From: Cyanobacteria bacterium J06626_4
Lineage (GTDB): Bacteria; Cyanobacteriota; Cyanobacteriia; Phormidesmidales; Phormidesmidaceae
DNA length: 64,000 nucleotides
Direction: 5' to 3'
Assembly (NCBI GenBank): GCA_038523235.1
Contig: JBCBJQ010000002.1
Location: forward strand, 119,293-183,292
Position 1 is the stretch's first letter, and each line of letters starts with the position of its first letter. The position numbers were made by a program, and so were the translations under genes. The notes below the pieces were generated by a model. It was not told the origin of the DNA. It made no database searches and saw only the letters and a list, made by a program, of their open reading frames with translations. Below, in pieces: positions 39,988 through 50,388 of this stretch.

Positions 39988-40953
39988 TCAGCAGGGGCTA
40001 AGTGGTGATAGAGGCTCGACCTCAGCCAGTTCCAGAATTTTGGGAATCAAATCTTCTCGCCGAATCGCCATCACATGCACGCCTTGGCACAGCTCGCGGG
40101 CGGCTTTAACTTGCTCAGCGGCAATACACACGCCTTCGTGCAGGGGGTCAGCAGCCTGGGCTAAGCGCTGAATAATGTGTTCAGGAATCTCCACGCCGGG
40201 GACATTGCGGTTAATGAACTGAGCGTTTTTCGCTGATTTCAGGAGAAAAATGCCTGCCAATACGGGGCGATCGCACCCCACAGCAACGTGGGCCATGAAT
40301 TTCTCCAGCCGTTCAAAATCATCAATCAGCTGACTTTGAAAAAACTGTGCTCCGGCCTCTAACTTCTTTTCAAAGCGCCGCTGTAGACCTGACCAGCTAC
40401 GGCTTTGCGGATCGATCGCCGCCCCGGCAAATAACGTGGTGGCCTGATCAGGTAGGGGGCGATCGCAGGCATCCAAGCCATGATTAAGCTGCCGAATCAG
40501 TCGCAGGAGTCGCACCGATTCCAGGTCAAACACTGACCGGGCGGCGGCCTGATCGCCCGCCTTCACTGGATCTCCCGTCAGCGCCAGAATATTGCGGATG
40601 CCGAGCGCTTGAGCTCCGAGCAGGTCGGCCTGCAGGGCAATGCGATTGCGATCGCGACAGGCCATCTGACAAATCGGCTCGATTCCCTGCTGGCGCAAAA
40701 TTGCCGCCGCTGCCAGAGCAGACATCCGCATCACTGCTCGGCTACCGTCGGTGATATTCACGGCGTGCACCCGACCGCGCAGCTGCGCCGCCATGCTGAC
40801 CATATGGCGAACATCACTCCCCTTAGGGGGCATAACCTCCGCTGTGATGAGAAATTCTCCGGCCCGAGCCGCCCGTTGCAACTGTGATTCAGGGGAGGGC
40901 TGCGGTAGAGGAAGAGACGTCGCGACCATTAAGTGATCCGTAAATTCAGACAA
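39988..40953 (-). CDS. metF: Methylenetetrahydrofolate reductase family protein
   Basis: TAEVMPPKG, NITDGSRA, CRDRNRIALQ, LTGDP and AGAQFFQSQ. Confidence 0.88.
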   Translation of the reverse strand: MSEFTDHLMVATSLPLPQPSPESQLQRAARAGEFLITAEVMPPKGSDVRHMVSMAAQLRGRVHAVNITDGSRAVMRMSALAAAAILRQQGIEPICQMACRDRNRIALQADLLGAQALGIRNILALTGDPVKAGDQAAARSVFDLESVRLLRLIRQLNHGLDACDRPLPDQATTLFAGAAIDPQSRSWSGLQRRFEKKLEAGAQFFQSQLIDDFERLEKFMAHVAVGCDRPVLAGIFLLKSAKNAQFINRNVPGVEIPEHIIQRLAQAADPLHEGVCIAAEQVKAARELCQGVHVMAIRREDLIPKILELAEVEPLSPLSPC

Positions 40954-41016
40954 TAGAGAGTCTTGCTAGTATATCCCGCAACCATAGACATCCCGAAAAT
41001 CGACCCGCGCAGACAG

Positions 41017-42027
41017 TCACAGCGGTTGCGAATAGCCCAACGCCGCTTTGGCTTTACCCAGAGTCGTGAGGGCGATCGCTTCAGCTTTTTCACGGCCCTG
41101 CTTCAAGATAGATTCGAGATAGGTGCGATCGTCCATCAAGCCGTGAAACTGATCTTGAATGGGCTTCAGGGCTTCCACCATCGTTTCGGCTAACAGGGGC
41201 TTAAACTGGCCCCAGCCCATCTCGGCGCATTCCTGGGCTACCGCTTCTTTAGTCTGGCCCGACAGCACCATGTACAGGGTCAGCAGGTTATTGCACTCGG
41301 GTCGATCAGGGTTATCAAACTCCAATCCGCGCGTCGGGTCACTCTTGCAGCGTTTGACCTTGCGGAGAATAACTTCCGGCGCATCGACCAAATCGATGCG
41401 ACTCATCTCAGAGGGGTCAGACTTTGACATCTTTTTCGTGCCGTCGGTTAGGCTCATCACCCGCGCCCCCGCCTTTTGAATCATCGGCTCCGGCAACTTA
41501 ATTACAGGGTTGTCGTCACTGCCGTATTGAAAGTTAAAGCGATTGGCGATGTCTCGTGTCAATTCCACGTGCTGTTTTTGATCTTCGCCCACCGGCACCA
41601 AATCTGGCTCGTACAGCAGAATATCGGCGGCTTGCAAAACGGGGTAGTCAAACAGTCCCACCGTGACGTTTTCGCCCTGTTTGACCGCTTTTTCTTTGAA
41701 CTGAATCATGCGCTCTAGCCAGTTGAGTGGCGTGATGCAGTTAAACAGCCACGCCAACTCGCTATGAGCCGAAATGTGAGATTGCACGAACACCGTCGCT
41801 TTGTCAGGATCGATGCCGCAGGCTAGGTAAGTAGCCGCCACTTTGTAAGTGTTTTCTGCCAGTTGCTGGGGATCATGGGGCACGGTGATCGCGTGCAAAT
41901 CAGCCATAAACAAGAAGCTGTCGTACTCTTCCTGCAGGGCTACCCAGTTGCGAATAGCACCCAAGTAGTTACCCAAATGGAGGTCACCAGTCGGTTGGAT
42001 GCCAGAAAGAATCCGATGCTTGCCCAT
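41017..42027 (-). CDS. trpS: Tryptophan--tRNA ligase
   Basis: SGIQPTG.LHLGNY (HIGH-like), VPVGEDQ and KMSKS. Confidence 0.98.
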   Translation of the reverse strand: MGKHRILSGIQPTGDLHLGNYLGAIRNWVALQEEYDSFLFMADLHAITVPHDPQQLAENTYKVAATYLACGIDPDKATVFVQSHISAHSELAWLFNCITPLNWLERMIQFKEKAVKQGENVTVGLFDYPVLQAADILLYEPDLVPVGEDQKQHVELTRDIANRFNFQYGSDDNPVIKLPEPMIQKAGARVMSLTDGTKKMSKSDPSEMSRIDLVDAPEVILRKVKRCKSDPTRGLEFDNPDRPECNNLLTLYMVLSGQTKEAVAQECAEMGWGQFKPLLAETMVEALKPIQDQFHGLMDDRTYLESILKQGREKAEAIALTTLGKAKAALGYSQPL

Positions 42028-42136
42028 AGATAAGAAAGATGTCAATCTGTATACTCTGTTAAAGCATTGTATAGGACGTCCCGATCCGTTTAATATTCGA
42101 ACCTTACTTTTCTGTTGTTGAAAAATAATTGCCCCA

Positions 42137-42451
42137 ATGACTAAAACTTTGACTCAATCGCCGTTCACCGCTCTCGAAGCCGCTATCAAACTGGCTCAAG
42201 ACAGCCCCACTAATGACGCAGCGCACGCGGCCTTTGACGAACTCTACAACTCTGTGCAGGCCACTGATCCACAAATGGCGACCCTGCTGCAAAGGCTATG
42301 GCGCGAGTATCTGACGACCCAACGATCAGCCGCGTTTTGGCAAGAGCTTTGTCAGGTGGAAAAGCATCTATCGGAGCGCATTACCGAAAGCCACCTACAG
42401 CTCCGTCAAAGTTACCAGCAATTAATGGAAGAGCAGTCCCCCGTTACGTGA
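42137..42451 (+). CDS. Hypothetical helical protein
   Basis: Coherent ORF divergent from trpS, with a coiled-coil-like C-terminus. Confidence 0.7.
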   Translation: MTKTLTQSPFTALEAAIKLAQDSPTNDAAHAAFDELYNSVQATDPQMATLLQRLWREYLTTQRSAAFWQELCQVEKHLSERITESHLQLRQSYQQLMEEQSPVT

Positions 42452-42697
42452 CGCATCACGCCCAGAAATGAAAAGGTGAGTGTTCTTTGTGGGTAGGGAC
42501 TGGCGGTCAGAACGTTCGCTGGCAAACGGCTTGATCGGCGCTGCTAGAAACCACCTCACCCAGCGCGGCGCTGATTTTGAGAGCGATGGCTCATGCCGCG
42601 ATCGCGCCACGCCGAGCTGTGAAAATCCTCGGATATTATCTGTGCAGCGATGTCCCGAATCCGGGTGATTGTCTGACAGTGAGTCGTCCATTTAGCC

Positions 42698-43477
42698 TTA
42701 CCAGGCCAAAAACCAGGCTCGCTGTTCCCAAAGCATCATGACGCCGCTGACTGCGACAAAGGCGTAAACCATCTGCCGAAACTGATCGTTGCTGATGCGC
42801 TCTAGCACCCATTTGCCTAACCAGTTGGCCGGTACGGCTCCCAAGCCAATCAGCAAGCCATACCCGATGTGGCTGGGTTGCAAAACTCCCAGGGCGGCGT
42901 AGCTTAACAGTTTAAAGATGTGCAAAAAAGCTTTGTTAGAAGCTTTGGTCGCAATCATGGCCTCTTTTTCCAACCCGTAAGCAAAGTACATCGGGTTCAT
43001 GATCGGGCCAGTGCTGCCAATCAGTGCTGAGCCGACCGAGTTGAGAAACGAGACCGGCAAAAAGTACCAAGGTTTAATGGTGAAGTGTTGTTCGGATAGC
43101 TTGAGGGTTTTATTGAGCCAGTAGTTCACGACCATGCCCAGCAGCGCCACCCCAATCAGCACCTGCAGCCAGTCGGCTCGCACCCAAGTGAAAATATAGG
43201 CCCCAAGCATCGCGCCCGCCAAGCATCCTGGCAGGTACCAGGCCGTTACGCGCCAATCAATCTTGCGCCAAAAGAAAAGGCTGCGTTGCGTATTGCCAAT
43301 TAGCAGGCCAGTGGTAATGACAGGGGCCACTGCCGATGCCCCCAACAATACTGATAGCAAGGGAATCAGGACGAGCGGACTGCCACCGCCGGCCAACATA
43401 CTAAAGAACCAGGCTACAAAACTGGTGCCTGAAATTAGCAAAACAATAATTGGGGTCGAAAGGTCCGTCAGGTTCAC
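42698..43477 (-). CDS. Sulfite exporter TauE/SafE family protein
   Basis: AGGGSPLVLIP and IGSTGP motifs; about 8 TM segments. Confidence 0.85.
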   Translation of the reverse strand: MNLTDLSTPIIVLLISGTSFVAWFFSMLAGGGSPLVLIPLLSVLLGASAVAPVITTGLLIGNTQRSLFFWRKIDWRVTAWYLPGCLAGAMLGAYIFTWVRADWLQVLIGVALLGMVVNYWLNKTLKLSEQHFTIKPWYFLPVSFLNSVGSALIGSTGPIMNPMYFAYGLEKEAMIATKASNKAFLHIFKLLSYAALGVLQPSHIGYGLLIGLGAVPANWLGKWVLERISNDQFRQMVYAFVAVSGVMMLWEQRAWFLAW

Positions 43478-43600
43478 GCCGCCGCAATCCTTCTACAAAC
43501 ATGTAAATCAAGCTTAACCAAATTAAGCATTCTTTACACTAATTTAAGGAGTTTATTCGGCACTTGATCTGGTCGACGTGACTATTGGCCGCGATCGCCC

Positions 43601-45466
43601 TTAGCCCAGCGATTCGCGATATTCGGCCAGGAGCTTGGGTAAATAGTCGTAGCCATCCACCCCGATCTGTCTTAAAAAGGCCGTGCGGTAGGTTGCGAGC
43701 GTGGCTTGATAGGCGGTGGCTCCCATCTGCCCAGACAAAATGCTGAGAGTGCCTGCCGGCTGATGCCACTGCTCAGAATTGATTTGCCACAGCAGATACA
43801 TGCCCATCGCCCCGCAGAAGACAGCCATCTCAGTATTTTCCAGGTTTTGATAAGCGATCGCCAAATAGCTATAGTTCATTCCCTGCAAAAACACGTCACC
43901 AATCGCCTGGGCAGTCTGTAGGCCTTTTTCCAACACGGTGATGGCCACGTCATAGCGCCGCAGCATCACCTGCGCCACGCCAAGACTGTTGGCGCACAGA
44001 GCCTCACTAGGGCGATCTTGCACCTGTTCAGTCAGCGTCAGCCCCTGTTCTAAATAGGTCAGCACTGACTCAATTTGTTCTGGCTCCAAGGGGTTGGCCT
44101 GCGCCCGGCTGACTTCGCTATAGCCAAAATTAGCCAGCGCATTGGCTTCACCCACGCGATCGCCCACCTGGCGCGCCAAAATTAAGGCCCGCTGACTGTG
44201 GGCGATCGCCGCGTCAAAGTCGGGTGCCATCACGGCGGTGCGGCTGAGATGGTTCAAATTGGCAATTTCACAGCGGCGATCGTTAATCGCGCGGGCACTC
44301 GCTAACGCGCGCTCGTGAAACTGTCGGGCCTGGTCATAATGACCCAGCGCCCGCTGCGAGTACCCCAACAGGGTCAGGATGCGGGCCTTGGTATCGGTAT
44401 TAGGCACCTCTCGCAGGGGCTGATCTAGGTAGTCCAGTAGGGTGCGCAGCGATTCGCCCGATAGCGCGGTAAACAGCCCGCCATAGAGCGGGAAATAGTC
44501 CTGCTGAGCAAACTGTCGTAGCCCCTGCAGCACCATCTGAAAACACCCTTCCGCGAGCAAGGGTTGTCGCAGCTCGCTCAACCGGCGTGACAGCTGGCTC
44601 CACACCACCGCAAAGGTCAAAAAGGTCGAGATCGAGAGTCGTTTGCCCGCTTTAGCGTCATAGGGCTGCTGGTCAAACCAGGTCACCAAGGCCGTCTGTA
44701 GCCGCTGCACCGCGATCGCCAGCTCAACCCAAGTGCTGACTTCTAAGGGGATTGGCACACCCGATGCAGTGATCGCTTGCTGCTCGGCCAAATCACTAAA
44801 AATTCGCTGAATGCTGGCCGTTGTAACTTGTTTGGCCCAATAGGGCCAAGGACCTTGGGGCGTAGCGCTGCCGAAGCCAATCGAGCGCTGGCCCTGGTCA
44901 TACACCCAACTAATCACATGCCCTTCGAGTTGCTGCCAAGTTGCCAGTCCCTGGGTAAGGCCCGCAGCCAGCTCGCGCAGACTAGGCTGAGCCGTGACTG
45001 CCGTTTCTAGCTGCCGCAACTGCTGGGCCAGGGTTTGGATTTGGTCGCGGGTCAGATGTTCGCTTTGATTAGGGTCGAGGGCCTGCAACAAAGCCGTGAG
45101 CCGTTCCTGATCGGCAGACCGAATCAGGTTGGTGATCGCCCCCGATAATGCCGCAACCCCTTGGTTCTCCTTCTGCCAGTGCTCAAACTCACTTTGAATC
45201 GTGACCAGCGCTCGCTGCTGGCGAGTGGCCTTAGCCTGTTTCATTTCGTCAGCGGTCTCTGCCAAAGTGGTGCTGACAGCGGTCATCCGCGCCTGCAGGC
45301 ATTGCTCAAATAGGTCACCATCCCCCGGTTCGATGTCTGACTGCAGCTGCTTAAACACCTGCGATTTAGAGCGGATCTGCCCCTTGAGCGTCATCGTTAC
45401 GAGGCGATCGATGAGTTCAAAATAATTGTTAGCCGCTGGGTCGGAAGTTGAGTCAGCCATAATCAA
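43601..45466 (-). CDS. Tetratricopeptide-repeat protein
   Basis: C-terminal TPRs (ARILTLLGYSQ, EIANLNHLS, EANALANFG, EALCANSLG). Confidence 0.82.
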   Translation of the reverse strand: MIMADSTSDPAANNYFELIDRLVTMTLKGQIRSKSQVFKQLQSDIEPGDGDLFEQCLQARMTAVSTTLAETADEMKQAKATRQQRALVTIQSEFEHWQKENQGVAALSGAITNLIRSADQERLTALLQALDPNQSEHLTRDQIQTLAQQLRQLETAVTAQPSLRELAAGLTQGLATWQQLEGHVISWVYDQGQRSIGFGSATPQGPWPYWAKQVTTASIQRIFSDLAEQQAITASGVPIPLEVSTWVELAIAVQRLQTALVTWFDQQPYDAKAGKRLSISTFLTFAVVWSQLSRRLSELRQPLLAEGCFQMVLQGLRQFAQQDYFPLYGGLFTALSGESLRTLLDYLDQPLREVPNTDTKARILTLLGYSQRALGHYDQARQFHERALASARAINDRRCEIANLNHLSRTAVMAPDFDAAIAHSQRALILARQVGDRVGEANALANFGYSEVSRAQANPLEPEQIESVLTYLEQGLTLTEQVQDRPSEALCANSLGVAQVMLRRYDVAITVLEKGLQTAQAIGDVFLQGMNYSYLAIAYQNLENTEMAVFCGAMGMYLLWQINSEQWHQPAGTLSILSGQMGATAYQATLATYRTAFLRQIGVDGYDYLPKLLAEYRESLG

Positions 45467-46412
45467 TATCGATTAATTTCTGTGAGCCTACCCCAAACTG
45501 GGTCAGCTGATAAAACGAACTGCTGTTCATCCTAACGAGGCGGGCCAGGGTTGGAAGATTGAGCTGGAAGGCGACTGCTGCGGTGCTGGCATCATACGCC
45601 CAGGACAACGATCTCTCCGTCCGGATTTAGCCTTACAGGCGGCGATCGCGGCGGCTACTGTGGGCACCTCCTCAACCCACAAGTTGTCCGAGTGTCGTCT
45701 TCAAGCTGTTGCTCCACTCACTTTGATCGCTAACAGCCTTCCTCTCGAAGTTCGTCTAGAGCGCATTACTTTGGGAAATCATGAATTCCCACTCTATTTC
45801 AGGACTGGGAGCCTCAGATTCCAGAAAAATCAGGAAGGCAAGCTGACTAATTTAGGAAATGCCAAGAACAGGCTTAAGTAGTAGCTTGAAACAATAAATT
45901 AAGTGGAATTACTGAATCCAATGCAACCAAATAAGATGCTTTATTCTCTCAATCATTTATTTGTCTGATCGACTCATCAACATGACACCATACGTGCCCC
46001 ATCCATCAATTATGATGACTGTAAAAAGGTGGCACAATCCAGATTCACTAGCGCAGAGTCCTGGCAAGCCTGTGAATCCCAAGTTGAGGAAGATTGTTTT
46101 ACGTTGACAGATCGCGTTCAAAGTTGTGATGAGTGATGGTAAAGCCCTTTGAATGAGCAGATAAACCGGTATTTTTGCTGAGATAAAACTTGCTGAGAAC
46201 AGGCTGAATGGCAAAAAATAAGTGATTACTCAAGGATGATTTCGGAGTGGTCTACGCATCTCAGCAAATCACCTTAGACTTAATTTTTTGAGAAGAGATT
46301 TTCTTTATTTAATTCTGTTCTAATCTTGAAAATACGTTCACCTAAATGTTGCTTGAAAAGGGGTAACTTGTAATCAAGGGTAAAGAACTGTCGTAAAAAA
46401 GAGAATTTCACC

Positions 46413-47234
46413 ATGTTTAGCAAGGCTCAACTCAGCAACAAGCTCACTGTTCTCGCCGGTGTGACTGCGATCACCGTAGGTACCGCAACGTCTGCTCAAG
46501 CGGCCTCCTTCGTTGACTTTGAAGATCCCGGCGCACTGGGTCTGGGCGACAACCAGTCAGTGACTGACCAGTATCAAGCGCTAGGGTTTACTTTTGGTCT
46601 TGACAATGATCTTGATGGTCTTGCTGATGAAGGCATTGCCCCCGCTCTTGAGGCCAAGGGTAAAGGCGGAACGGATGGGTTCGTGAATGGTGGTGCAAGA
46701 ACTAACGATGTTGGTGCAGATGGTTACTTCGACGAAGCTAACGGTGTAACCTATGCCGATCGCCTAGGGGATTATTTCTTGCGGACCGGGGGATTGGGCG
46801 GCAACGGTGGCAATTTACTTATCACCTATACTGAGGGCACCTCAGCTGCTTCGGGTGAACTGTGGGATATTGACGGTAACAAAGATTGGTGGAGCAAAGG
46901 GCGCGATCGCACTGAGCAGTGGGAAGTTCAGGCTCTAGGTGCAGACAACAACATTTTGGAAACAATGCTCAGCCCGCTCGGAGATCGCTCCACTGGCGGC
47001 CTCGATGGTAAGCCCTGGATGTGGTCATTTGATCGCGGCAGCAACGACATTCAAGCTATTCGGTTTGTGTTCACTGGCGATAGCAAGGCTAAGAATGTTG
47101 GCCTGGCCTTCGACAACTTTTCCTCTCACTCTGTAGAAGGCCAGGACGTGCCCGAACCGGCCTCGGCGCTGGGCCTACTGGTGTTAGGCATGCTGGGTGG
47201 TGGCTCAGTGCTAGCTAAGCGTAAAGCTCAGTAA
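46413..47234 (+). CDS. PEP-CTERM sorting domain protein
   Basis: Signal peptide ending AQA; VPEPASALGLLVLG..KRK. Confidence 0.9.
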   Translation: MFSKAQLSNKLTVLAGVTAITVGTATSAQAASFVDFEDPGALGLGDNQSVTDQYQALGFTFGLDNDLDGLADEGIAPALEAKGKGGTDGFVNGGARTNDVGADGYFDEANGVTYADRLGDYFLRTGGLGGNGGNLLITYTEGTSAASGELWDIDGNKDWWSKGRDRTEQWEVQALGADNNILETMLSPLGDRSTGGLDGKPWMWSFDRGSNDIQAIRFVFTGDSKAKNVGLAFDNFSSHSVEGQDVPEPASALGLLVLGMLGGGSVLAKRKAQ

Positions 47235-47311
47235 GAGCAGCGGTTGTCCATCAGTGAACTGGTTGGTTACAACTGAACCAGAAAACACAGTGACGCACGA
47301 GCGTCATGCTT

Positions 47312-47347
47312 GGGGCGATTGGGTTCAATAAACCTAATCGCCCCTTT
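47312..47347 (+). terminator. Intrinsic terminator
   Basis: GGGGCGATTGGGTT / AACCTAATCGCCCC stem followed by TTT. Confidence 0.7.
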
Positions 47348-47472
47348 GCTTATGGTTGTCAGACGTTAGCCGAATTCCCGCCCCTAGACGGTGGCAAAGG
47401 ATCGTTCTGTGATTGGCTGGATGCGGTCTGGACGAGTTAGATCGCCAGTGCTGGCTCTCGCTGACTGAGGGG

Positions 47473-47652
47473 TATAGCAGAATGCAGAATTAACAGCCTA
47501 TCGGATGATGATTTCAGCCATTTACGGTAATGGCTTATCCCAATTCTCTGCAACTGGGCCACAGATTTTCCTTTCGACTCCGCTCAAGGAACGTAGGCTG
47601 AGCGGAGTCGAAGCCGAGTTGTCTGTGTCGCTGTAATTTGTAGAACTGGTAT
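47473..47652. mobile_element. MITE-like element with an internal REP-like hairpin
   Basis: Imperfect terminal inverted repeats (TATAGCAG.. / ..CTGGTAT); 14-bp perfect hairpin TTCGACTCCGCTCA / TGAGCGGAGTCGAA at 47573-47612. Confidence 0.55.
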
Positions 47653-47660
47653 TACACCTT

Positions 47661-47696
47661 TGTGGCCAGACATTACCGTGTGGCCAGACATTACCG
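47661..47696. repeat. Exact 18-bp tandem duplication
   Basis: TGTGGCCAGACATTACCG x2. Confidence 0.95.
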
Positions 47697-47745
47697 TACT
47701 CGCTTCATCAACTCAGCTTGGAGGCTGGGCTAGTCATTGAAAGCC

Positions 47746-48819
47746 CTACCGTTTTCGCTTTTGATGCTGGCGGATGGTTTTTGACACCTGTTTCCAGCGG
47801 CGTTTGGTGTTGAGTCGAGCCTGAGTATCTTGGCGCTGCTCGATCCACTGTTGTTCACGCTGCAGCTTTTGGTAGCTTTGCAACCGTGAGGCGGTGAGTT
47901 CTCCTGCGGCGATCGCGGCCTGTACGGCACATCCTGGTTCGCTCTGATGCTGGCAGTCGCGAAACTTACAGTCAGCGGCCAACGCCTGAATATCGCCAAA
48001 CGTTTCCGCCAGCCCGGTGTTAGCCGACCAGAGCTGCAGCTCTCGCAGGCCCGGCGTGTCAATCAGCAGTGCGCCCCCCGGCAAGGGCCATAATTGCCGA
48101 TGGGTGGTGGTATGCCGTCCTCGACTGTCATCCATACGGACTGCTTGGGTAGCTGCTTGCTGCTCACCTAGCAGGTAGTTGGTTAAGGTCGATTTGCCTA
48201 CTCCCGAAGAGCCAATCAGCACCACCGTTTTACCCGGTGACAGGTAGGGAGCGAGCTGATCGAGTCCGTCGCCCTGGGTAGCGCTGATGACATGAATCGG
48301 CACCGCGATCGCCACTGTCTCAACCTGGGCGATCGCGGCAGGCAAATCGGCACACTGATCGGCCTTGTTCAAAATCAGCACGGGGCTGGCTCCACTGTCC
48401 CAGGCGGTGACGAGATACCGCTCAATCCGCCTGAGGTTAAAGTCGCCATCCAACCCCGACATCAAAAACACGGTGTCCACATTGGCGGCAATGACTTGGC
48501 CCGCCGTCAGGGTGCCCGCCGCCTGCCGCACAAATTGACTCTGGCGCGGCAGCACCTGATGAATGGCGATCGCCCCGTCGTTACCCTGACGCTCTACCAC
48601 CACCCAATCACCCACGGCGGGAAATCCGAGTGCATCTTCCACCTCATGGCGAAAATGCCCGGTCACCTCAGCATCTTGCTCGCCCCACTGGGTGTAGACC
48701 CGATAAGCCCCCCGCTGCTCTGAGACGACGCGCCCCACCACAAAACCGGCCTGCGCCAAGGGCGCAAACGCCAAATCTAGGCTGCTGCCAACGCACCAGC
48801 CAAAATCAGATAAATTCAA
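47746..48819 (-). CDS. rsgA: Ribosome small subunit-dependent GTPase A
   Basis: AVGDWV, ANVD, LNKAD, GSSGVGKST, GRHTT, DTPG and C.F.DC.H..EPGC. The likely start is TTG at 48819 (MNLSDFGW) with SD GAGGA. Confidence 0.95.
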   Translation of the reverse strand: MNLSDFGWCVGSSLDLAFAPLAQAGFVVGRVVSEQRGAYRVYTQWGEQDAEVTGHFRHEVEDALGFPAVGDWVVVERQGNDGAIAIHQVLPRQSQFVRQAAGTLTAGQVIAANVDTVFLMSGLDGDFNLRRIERYLVTAWDSGASPVLILNKADQCADLPAAIAQVETVAIAVPIHVISATQGDGLDQLAPYLSPGKTVVLIGSSGVGKSTLTNYLLGEQQAATQAVRMDDSRGRHTTTHRQLWPLPGGALLIDTPGLRELQLWSANTGLAETFGDIQALAADCKFRDCQHQSEPGCAVQAAIAAGELTASRLQSYQKLQREQQWIEQRQDTQARLNTKRRWKQVSKTIRQHQKRKR

Positions 48820-48906
48820 TGTCTTGTCCTCAAAGAAACCTACGCAGGGCAAGGCTCTAAAAGGCTTAAGCACAATGCTTTTAACAGCAGTCTTAGACCT
48901 TGCCGA

Positions 48907-48945
48907 TTAAACGGATGTAGTGAATTCCATTACCGACACCGCCAT
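48907..48945 (-). CDS. Putative leader peptide MAVSVMEFTTSV upstream of rsgA
   Basis: Strong SD AAGAGGAG 7 nt before the ATG; -10 TATACT at 48981-48986; a hairpin follows the stop codon. Confidence 0.6.
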   Translation of the reverse strand: MAVSVMEFTTSV

Positions 48946-49035
48946 AAGACATCTCCTCTTGTTTTGATGGGACTTTTCCAAGTATATCGCTCTAAAATTC
49001 CTCCGGTCGCCAACAATTGGGCAAGCTTTTCTCCG

Positions 49036-49064
49036 CAACTGCCTCCAACTGCCTCCAACTGCCT
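49036..49064. repeat. 10-bp tandem repeat x3
   Basis: CAACTGCCTC CAACTGCCTC CAACTGCCT. Confidence 0.9.
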
Positions 49065-49258
49065 GGCTCAGTTGTTGTCGATTACCTTGGCGCCTGATGC
49101 GGGATAGAGCCTGGATGCTTAAGGGTATCTGGCTTTTTGGGTACTCCTCAGCTCACTTCGGTAGAATAAATTGAGAATCTCATCTCGATAAATCCCTCAT
49201 CTATCGAGGCCACTGCAAACCGCATGAATTTTGACTTAAGCAAGGTCAGTTTATTGAT

Positions 49259-50284
49259 ATGCCTCCAGCCGTTTTAGTCGAAGGCTTACAAAAGCGCTAC
49301 GGCGACGTTGATGCCGTCAAAGATGTCTCCTTCACCATCAAGGCGGGTGAAATTTTTGGCTTGCTCGGGCCTAACGGAGCGGGAAAGACCACCACGATCC
49401 GCTGTCTCTGTACATTGAGTACGCCCGATGCTGGCCGCGTGGAAATTAATGGTCGTTCGGTGCTAAACAATCCGGCTCTGGCGCGCCAGCAACTCGGCTA
49501 CATTGCTCAAGAGGTAGCCCTCGACAAAGTGCTTACAGGGCGCGAACTGCTGCAGCTACAGGCGGCGCTGTATCACATGCCTGCCAAGGTAGCGCGAGAT
49601 CGCATTCAGCAGATGATTGAGCTGTTAGAGCTGACCGACTGGGCGGATAAAAAATCAGGCATCTACTCCGGCGGGCTTAAAAAGCGTCTCGACTTGGCGT
49701 TGGGGCTGCTGCACCAGCCCGATGTTTTAGTGCTGGATGAACCCACCGTGGGCTTAGATATTGAGACCCGTTCTGCCGTGTGGCAGTTTTTGCGACAGCT
49801 GAAAGCAGCGGGCACCACCGTGTTGCTCACCAGCCATTATCTAGAAGAGGTCGATGCGCTGTCAGACCGCGTCGCCATCATTGACCAGGGCAAGGTGATT
49901 GCCTCGGGCACGCCCAGTGACCTCAAAAGTCGGGTGGGGGGCGATCGCATCACCCTGCGGATTCGTGAATTTACCCCTGATGATGAAGCCGACAAAGCCA
50001 AGAATCTGTTGCAAACCCTGCCCTGTGTCGAAGAGGCGATCGTCAACGACGCCCAAGGCAACTCAATTAACTTGGTCGTAACGGCCCAATCCGACGCATT
50101 GATGACCGTGCAGCAGGCGCTCAAAGAGACCGGTTTGCCCATGTTTGGCATCTCACAATCGCGCCCTAGCCTCGATGATGTCTATCTGGCCGCGACGGGC
50201 CGCACCCTAATGGATGCCGAAATTGCCGCGGCTGGCAGTCGCGATCTCAAGGCCGAACGCAAGCAAGCGATGAAAGGCGCTTAG
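49259..50284 (+). CDS. ABC-2 exporter ATP-binding protein (DrrA-like)
   Basis: GPNGAGKTT, YSGG, LDEPTVGLD and SHYLEE. Confidence 0.95.
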   Translation: MPPAVLVEGLQKRYGDVDAVKDVSFTIKAGEIFGLLGPNGAGKTTTIRCLCTLSTPDAGRVEINGRSVLNNPALARQQLGYIAQEVALDKVLTGRELLQLQAALYHMPAKVARDRIQQMIELLELTDWADKKSGIYSGGLKKRLDLALGLLHQPDVLVLDEPTVGLDIETRSAVWQFLRQLKAAGTTVLLTSHYLEEVDALSDRVAIIDQGKVIASGTPSDLKSRVGGDRITLRIREFTPDDEADKAKNLLQTLPCVEEAIVNDAQGNSINLVVTAQSDALMTVQQALKETGLPMFGISQSRPSLDDVYLAATGRTLMDAEIAAAGSRDLKAERKQAMKGA

Positions 50285-50388
50285 TTGAAGCGGCAGTCGG
50301 CTGCCATGCCGCTGCTCAGGCCGTCTTCCTCTACCAAATAGCCCCCGCTCCGCCCCGCTCCCCCTCGATTTTCCTTACCCTGATAGCT

